From the NCBI GenBank assembly GCA_965208155.1, contig OZ242322.1, positions 2,175,204 through 2,239,203 on the forward strand: 64,000 nucleotides of DNA, read 5' to 3'. Numbering within the stretch: position 1 is the stretch's first letter; each line of letters starts with the position of its first letter. The notes under the pieces were generated by a model that worked only from the letters and a program-made list of their open reading frames with translations, ran no database searches and was not told where the DNA came from. Origin of the DNA: Thermodesulfobacteriota bacterium (GTDB lineage: Bacteria; Desulfobacterota_D; UBA1144; Nemesobacterales; Nemesobacteraceae). Of the stretch, positions 58,969 through 64,000 are shown piece by piece. Position numbers and translations under genes: made by a program.

Positions 58969-60402
58969 ATGGAGAGAATAACAACAGAAGTAGCGGTAAT
59001 AGGAGCGGGCCCGGGGGGATATCCCGCAGCGTTTTCCCTTGCCGACAAGGGAAAGAAAGTCACGCTTATAGATCCTGAGGCAAACCCCGGAGGGGTCTGT
59101 CTCTACAGGGGATGCATACCTTCAAAGGCCCTTCTTCACGCGGCGAGGGTGGCCGAGGAGGCAAGGGATGCCGTGGATTTCGGCCTTAGCTACGGAGAAC
59201 CGCGGATAGACCCCGGGAAGCTTTTTTCATGGAAAGACGAAGTGGTCTCCAAACTTACGGGCGGGCTTCGCACACTTGTGAGGGCAAGGAAGATAAATTA
59301 CGTGCGGGGAAAGGCGTCTTTTACATCTTCGAGCACCCTTTGTGTCGCAACGCCTTCTGGTGAGGAGCGGGAAGTCGTGTTTGAAAACGCCGTTATTTCC
59401 ACGGGTTCTGTTTCGAGGAAAATTCCGGGAGTAGATTTCAGCTCCCCGAACGTGGTTGATTCCGACGGCGCTCTCTCCATGGGGGATATCCCCAAGAGCC
59501 TGCTTGTGGTGGGCGGGGGTTACATAGGCCTTGAGCTTGGAACTTTTTTCTCTTCTCTGGGCACCGAGGTCACGGTTGTTGAGATGCTTCCTGGGATCGT
59601 ACAGGGGGTTGACAGGGACCTTGCGGCGGTGCTTAAAAAGAGGCTTGATCAGAAATTCCGCTCCATAATGCTTAAAACAAAACTGGTTTCTATCAGTGAG
59701 TTAGATAACGAAGTTCAAGTTTCATTTGAAGCCGACAGGAAAAGCTTCCAGGAGAGATACGAAAAGGTTTTGATCTCGGTTGGAAGGGTCCCGTACACAG
59801 AAGGCCTCGGCCTTGAGAGCACCCGGGTCGAGGTGGACGGGAAGGGCTTTATAGAGACGGACTCCCAGAGAAGGACGGCTGATCCGGCGATTTTTGCAAT
59901 CGGGGATGTTGCCGGGGAACCCATGCTTGCCCACAAGGCGACGTATGAAGCCAAGATCGTGGCAGAGGTTATAACCGGGGCCAAAACCCAGTACGACCCA
60001 AGAACCGTTCCGGCGGTAATCTTTACCGATCCTGAAATCGCCTGGTGCGGGGTTACCGAAAGCGAGGCCAGGGAATCGGGAATGGAAGTGGCTGTCTCTA
60101 AGTTTCCGTGGGCGGCTTCGGGTAGGGCCCTTACGCTTAACAGGACCGACGGTTTGACGAAGCTCATAACCCATAAGGGGACTGGGAGGGTTGTCGGTGT
60201 CGGAATTGCCGGACCGCAGGCGGGGGAGTTAATATCAGAATCCGTACTGGCAATTGAAATGGGTGCGACTGCGGAGGATATAGCTTTTTCAATACATCCT
60301 CACCCGACTCTCACCGAGACCATTATGGAAGCGGCAGAAGGCATATACGGAGCAAGCACCCACATTATGAAGAGACGTCCGAGAAAAACTTCACGGAAGT
60401 GA
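58969..60402 (+). CDS. lpd: Dihydrolipoyl dehydrogenase (E3)
   Basis: FAD motif GAGPGG, redox-active disulfide GGVCLYRGCIPSK, NAD motif GGGYIGLE, and the C-terminal HPHPTLTE. Confidence 0.9.
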   Translation: MERITTEVAVIGAGPGGYPAAFSLADKGKKVTLIDPEANPGGVCLYRGCIPSKALLHAARVAEEARDAVDFGLSYGEPRIDPGKLFSWKDEVVSKLTGGLRTLVRARKINYVRGKASFTSSSTLCVATPSGEEREVVFENAVISTGSVSRKIPGVDFSSPNVVDSDGALSMGDIPKSLLVVGGGYIGLELGTFFSSLGTEVTVVEMLPGIVQGVDRDLAAVLKKRLDQKFRSIMLKTKLVSISELDNEVQVSFEADRKSFQERYEKVLISVGRVPYTEGLGLESTRVEVDGKGFIETDSQRRTADPAIFAIGDVAGEPMLAHKATYEAKIVAEVITGAKTQYDPRTVPAVIFTDPEIAWCGVTESEARESGMEVAVSKFPWAASGRALTLNRTDGLTKLITHKGTGRVVGVGIAGPQAGELISESVLAIEMGATAEDIAFSIHPHPTLTETIMEAAEGIYGASTHIMKRRPRKTSRK

Positions 60403-60555
60403 CGGAGTAAAATCTGGAGCGTGGTCTAAGTCGACCAAAGGAGAAGAGGTTCCTTCTTTGTTGCAGCACTTGGAGAAGTGTGGTTTGATTCGGTATCTTG
60501 AGGGAAGAGAGATTGCTCTTACCGTAAATGGATACTCTCATACTGGAGAGAACTG

Positions 60556-61272
60556 ATGGGTTCATCTAAAAAAAAGCTTTTTCTCATACCCTGCTGCTCA
60601 ACTAAGTATTGTGGTGGAGATTCCTGGGCTCCCACGCCGGAACCGCTGACAGCTCTAGTTTCGGAGAAGACTTACTCCGCTATTTTGGAAACCAGAAGGC
60701 AGGTGCTGTCGGATATTCTCCAAGACAAGAAATACACCTCCAAAGAATACGAAAAAAACGGAAGTTTGGAACCGGGGTCGGATTTCGGCGGACAGAGCGC
60801 ATCGGGACTATACCTTCCAGCAGTGCAAAGATATAAAGGGACTCTGTACTCAAAAACCCCCACTCTCTCATCACGTAGCAACTGGGACGACCAGATTCTC
60901 ATCCTGTCGGCACTCTACGGGCCGCTGCACCCCCTCAGTCGCGTTCAGGATTACAATCTTCAGATGAGCGATAGGCCCGCTTACAAAACATGGAAAAAAC
61001 GCCTTCCCCAGTTTCTTCGAAACTATGCCCTTTTAAACGACATTCAGGAGATTCATCTCTTTTTCGGCAGTAGCACACACTATCTGAAAGTGGCTAAAGC
61101 CGCTGTGGAACCCCTGTTGAAAGAGAAACTGATTAAAAAAGCGGTTCAGTATCACGTCATTGACGGCAATACGAGGCTGACGCCGCAGACGCACGGCGAA
61201 CTGTTGGAAAACTGTCTGAAACGAGGAAACATAAATAAACTTCCCAAGAACATTAAGGAGCGTACCTTATGA
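60556..61272 (+). CDS. YaaA/DUF328-like protein (divergent)
   Basis: By-eye alignment to E. coli YaaA: LFLIPCCSTK ~ LILISPAKTL, AVQRYKGTLY ~ AFKGDVYTGL, SALYGPLHPLSRVQDYNLQM ~ [20 protein letters not shown]. Confidence 0.45.
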   Translation: MGSSKKKLFLIPCCSTKYCGGDSWAPTPEPLTALVSEKTYSAILETRRQVLSDILQDKKYTSKEYEKNGSLEPGSDFGGQSASGLYLPAVQRYKGTLYSKTPTLSSRSNWDDQILILSALYGPLHPLSRVQDYNLQMSDRPAYKTWKKRLPQFLRNYALLNDIQEIHLFFGSSTHYLKVAKAAVEPLLKEKLIKKAVQYHVIDGNTRLTPQTHGELLENCLKRGNINKLPKNIKERTL

Positions 61273-61898
61273 GTGACGCATGCCGATTTATACATGATCT
61301 TGCGGGGCATTTCGACAGGCATGAATTTCCTTTCGAACCTGAACTGATTCCTGAAAGCGGAATCTATCTGCTTTTCGAGGCGGGGGAAACCGCCCACGGA
61401 ACCGAGCGAATCGTTCATGTCGGAACGCATACGGGAAATCGGCGGCTCATGTCAAGGCTTCAGGAACACGACAGTTCCAACAAGGACCGGAGCATATTAA
61501 GAAAGAATGTTGGCCGAGCGCTTTTGCGCAAAAGCGGGGACCCCTTTCTGGAGAAATGGAATATTGATCTCACCTCAAGGGAAAAGAGAGAGAAATACGA
61601 GCCGCTCGTTGACTTCGAACGACAAGGTGACGTCGAGGCTGCGGTGACGGACAGAATTCGGCGAAATTTTTCCTTTGTCGCATTGCCCGTGGAAGACAAG
61701 AAATCACGGTCCGAGCTTAAACTGAAGATTATATCCACCTTGTCTCTTTGCGGTTGCTGTCGGCCGTCAGAGCAATGGCTGGGCCTGTGGTCTTCCAAGA
61801 GCAAAATTCGAGAAAGCGGACTTTGGCTTGAACAAGGGCTGTACAAGGAACCGCTGTCAGCGGATGAAATCAGCGCATTGCGGGCAATCGCGTCGTGA
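61269..61898 (+). CDS. GIY-YIG nuclease-domain protein
   Basis: GIYLLFEAGETAHGTERIVHVGTHTGNRRLMSRLQEH fits GIY-(10-12)-YVG-...-R..H. Overlaps the YaaA-like gene by 4 nt. Confidence 0.5.
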   Translation: MSDACRFIHDLAGHFDRHEFPFEPELIPESGIYLLFEAGETAHGTERIVHVGTHTGNRRLMSRLQEHDSSNKDRSILRKNVGRALLRKSGDPFLEKWNIDLTSREKREKYEPLVDFERQGDVEAAVTDRIRRNFSFVALPVEDKKSRSELKLKIISTLSLCGCCRPSEQWLGLWSSKSKIRESGLWLEQGLYKEPLSADEISALRAIAS

Positions 61899-62201
61899 AT
61901 GACTCGTGGCGGTGTTCCTCCCCGTTAAATCAAGAGCACTATTTGCTAACCGGATTCATGAAGAAATCCCTCCTCCTAAACTTTCAAGATGTTGCAACAA
62001 GGATCAAGTACAGAACACAGGAATATCTAATCTCGCAAGTGAGAATGACAGGATAATGGGAAGAAAACCAAAAATCATCCCACATATTCCGGGAACGCTT
62101 GAGCAGATAACCGACGCTATCTTCGCGAAGGATAAGGTTGTTAAGAAAAGAAAAACTAAACCGGCGAGTAAAAATACTAGAAACAAAAAAGGTCTGCATC
62201 T

Positions 62202-62435
62202 CTAAAGAAAATTTAAGGAAGGAAAGATTTTCTGTATTAAAAACTGAGCTAACGCAAAAACAAGACCTGTTATAACAGCAAGCACAAACCATCTGGCAAC
62301 TCCTACTTGAGTTTCTAGCTTCGTTAACCGAGCTTCCATTTGAGTGTGAGCTTCCAGTGTCGATAGTCGATGTTCTACATCGCGTTCATACGAACCGCCA
62401 ACTTCAGGAGTATCTGGGGGTGTTATTTCTGTCAT
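62202..62435 (-). CDS. Hypothetical tail-anchored small protein (coiled segment plus C-terminal TM)
   Basis: 77 aa. C-terminal WFVLAVITGLVFALAQFLI. Starts 3 nt after the upstream minus-strand ORF. Confidence 0.3.
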   Translation of the reverse strand: MTEITPPDTPEVGGSYERDVEHRLSTLEAHTQMEARLTKLETQVGVARWFVLAVITGLVFALAQFLIQKIFPSLNFL

Positions 62436-62438
62436 TGT

Positions 62439-62810
62439 TTAAGAATACCGATTGGAACGCAACCATTCCCACAAGCTCCTCGGAGCGAACCCGTGGTAAA
62501 ACCCCTCAACTGGAAACACTACCCCAATTGGTTTATCTACCATGGATCCGTTTAACCCCAACTTAGCCGTCACATCGCTGGCTAAGGAAGTTTTGTCAGA
62601 TACCAGATAAGAAGTCGGACTAATCTTGTAATGTTTTGTTGCGGGATAAAGAGAAGTAATCTTTGTAGCAACTTGAGCGTTTGGTTCTTGAAGGACTACA
62701 ACATATGCAGGCATTCGTCTAGTATCCTCCAGCTGATAGTTGCGTCTATTATATTCCGGTTTCGAAAACAATCGCAAGAAAAACTTTTTAAACTTCTCTT
62801 TGTGTAACAT
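62439..62810 (-). CDS. Hypothetical protein
   Basis: 123-aa ORF in an AT-rich patch. Upstream gene of a two-gene minus-strand unit. Confidence 0.3.
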   Translation of the reverse strand: MLHKEKFKKFFLRLFSKPEYNRRNYQLEDTRRMPAYVVVLQEPNAQVATKITSLYPATKHYKISPTSYLVSDKTSLASDVTAKLGLNGSMVDKPIGVVFPVEGFYHGFAPRSLWEWLRSNRYS

Positions 62811-62894
62811 TGTATAATCCCTTTGTTTTTATTGACAATGTGGGAAGAAGATGTAGAATTCAATCTTCATTTTTAAACCCCGGAGGATTTTATT

Positions 62895-63182
62895 ATGGGC
62901 CTTAGAACGAAATCGGCACAGAAAAAGCATCGCCAGAGCCTGAAAAGGCGAGAGAGAAACAGGTTCGTAACGTCCACTCTTAAAACCAAGCTAAAGCGTT
63001 ACTCAGAAGCTATTGGAAGCGAGGATCTCGAGAAATCGCAGACTCTCCTCAAGGAACTGGTTTCCCTTACCGATAAGGCCGCCACTAAAGGGGTTATCCA
63101 CAAGAAAAAAGCCTCAAGGTACGTATCGAGGTTTTCAAAAAAGCTCTCGGACTTAAGCAGTTCCCAGACTGCCGGTTCCTAG
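62895..63182 (+). CDS. rpsT: 30S ribosomal protein S20
   Basis: AATKGVIHKKKASRYVSRF aligns with E. coli S20 AAKGLIHKNKAARHKANL. Basic N-terminus. Confidence 0.85.
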   Translation: MGLRTKSAQKKHRQSLKRRERNRFVTSTLKTKLKRYSEAIGSEDLEKSQTLLKELVSLTDKAATKGVIHKKKASRYVSRFSKKLSDLSSSQTAGS

Positions 63183-63991
63183 GTCTTCTGAGAGCATATC
63201 CCAAGAAGAAGTTTCTCAAGAAGTATGTAGTTGTCCCCGGAACTGTTTTTGATTCCGAAGTCCGTTTCCTCTATAAGACCCAGTATTCTGCCGAGATCGT
63301 TTTCCCTGAAGTTGCGCACGCTTTTTTTAAGGTAAAAGACGGCCCCTCGGGATGTTTTTACGGCCTTCGCGATGGCTTCATCCGATTTTCCTTCCCGAAG
63401 ATGCTGCGAGACCTTGAATATCTGGCGGAATCTCCAGGCTATCATGTAAAGTATGGAGAGAGGGTCCTCCCTGTTTCTCTCAAGCTCCCGCAGTATCCTG
63501 AGAGAACCCCGGAGATCCCTGTTTGAAAGCGCGGTCGAGAGGGAAAACACGTTCTCGGTGCTGCGTTTCTCGATAAGCCCCCTTAACTCCTTCTCGCCTA
63601 CGGGTTTTCCCCCGTCAACGTAAAGGGATATCTTCCCAAGCTCGTTTTTGACAAGGTTCATGTCCTCGCCGAGCATGGTTTTTACGAAACCCACAGCCCC
63701 GGGAGTAAGGGATATACCGAGTCTTTCCCCAAGGCGTCTTATTTCCTGCTCGGGCTTGCTCCCGCGGTCAAGATCGACAAGCTTTATGCCTCTTGCAGGC
63801 TTTGTCTTGCCCTTCCGGGATCCCCCGGAGAGCAGTACCAGCATGGAGGAAGAGGCCGGGGCCCCGGCGTATTTGTTAAGCAACTCAAGATCGTCTTTTT
63901 TAAGGCCGTCATATCCCTTTGCCACGATTAGCTTTTTCTCGTGAAACATTGGGAGGGTCCTTGCGTCCTCGACTACTTCCTGAAGGGACAT
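63179..63991 (-). CDS. holA: DNA polymerase III delta subunit, cut by the window end
   Basis: C-terminal 270 aa of a HolA-like clamp-loader delta (KKLIVAKGY...LLSGG...). The ORF runs off the window. Divergent from rpsT as in many genomes. Confidence 0.7.
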   Translation of the reverse strand: MSLQEVVEDARTLPMFHEKKLIVAKGYDGLKKDDLELLNKYAGAPASSSMLVLLSGGSRKGKTKPARGIKLVDLDRGSKPEQEIRRLGERLGISLTPGAVGFVKTMLGEDMNLVKNELGKISLYVDGGKPVGEKELRGLIEKRSTENVFSLSTALSNRDLRGSLRILRELERNREDPLSILYMIAWRFRQIFKVSQHLREGKSDEAIAKAVKTSRGAVFYLKKSVRNFRENDLGRILGLIEETDFGIKNSSGDNYILLEKLLLGICSQKT

Positions 63992-64000
63992 ATCGTCGAG

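Overview
This 64-kb window is bacterial chromosomal DNA, roughly 55-60% GC by eye, with several sharply AT-richer patches. The backbone is housekeeping, interrupted by at least six accessory insertions. I saw no rRNA, tRNA or CRISPR array.

Housekeeping blocks, in order:
- An NfeD/stomatin pair.
- A dpp/opp-type peptide ABC transporter: one SBP, two permeases and two ATPases.
- yceD-rpmF-fabD-fabG-acpP-fabF.
- A colinear TCA block, acnA-icd-mdh-sdhCAB-sucC.
- rpoH-dnaK.
- The pyruvate dehydrogenase genes aceE-aceF-lpd.
- rpsT and a partial holA.

Accessory insertions:
1. An IS (DDE transposase with terminal inverted repeats) plus an orphan Phd antitoxin at the left end.
2. hipA with an overlapping downstream HTH gene, a divergent aldehyde-dehydrogenase / PLP-decarboxylase pair and an AbiEi-like gene. 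Together these separate the SBP gene from the permease genes.
3. An antidote gene with a truncated killer remnant, a frameshifted higB with intact higA, and an Mrr-type restriction gene. These are wedged between the two transporter ATPase genes.
4. An ~11-kb AT-rich mosaic sitting exactly where sucD is expected.
   - Its core is a tightly coupled six-gene operon: two paralogous Septu-like AAA-ATPase + HNH pairs bracket a carboxynorspermidine-decarboxylase-like PLP enzyme and a 457-aa protein of no family I can recognise.
   - It is followed by IS21-family debris with 23-bp periodic repeats, a 23-codon start of a third ATPase and a frameshifted DUF4143-type ATPase.
5. A three-gene minus-strand operon between dnaK and aceE: an unknown 405-aa protein, a two-HKD PLD nuclease and a 1068-aa SNF2-like helicase. 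It is flanked by 28-bp imperfect direct repeats.
6. An overlapping YaaA/DUF328-like + GIY-YIG pair and two small AT-rich genes before rpsT.

The six-gene ATPase/HNH/decarboxylase operon is my best candidate for an undescribed system. The PLD/helicase island is second.
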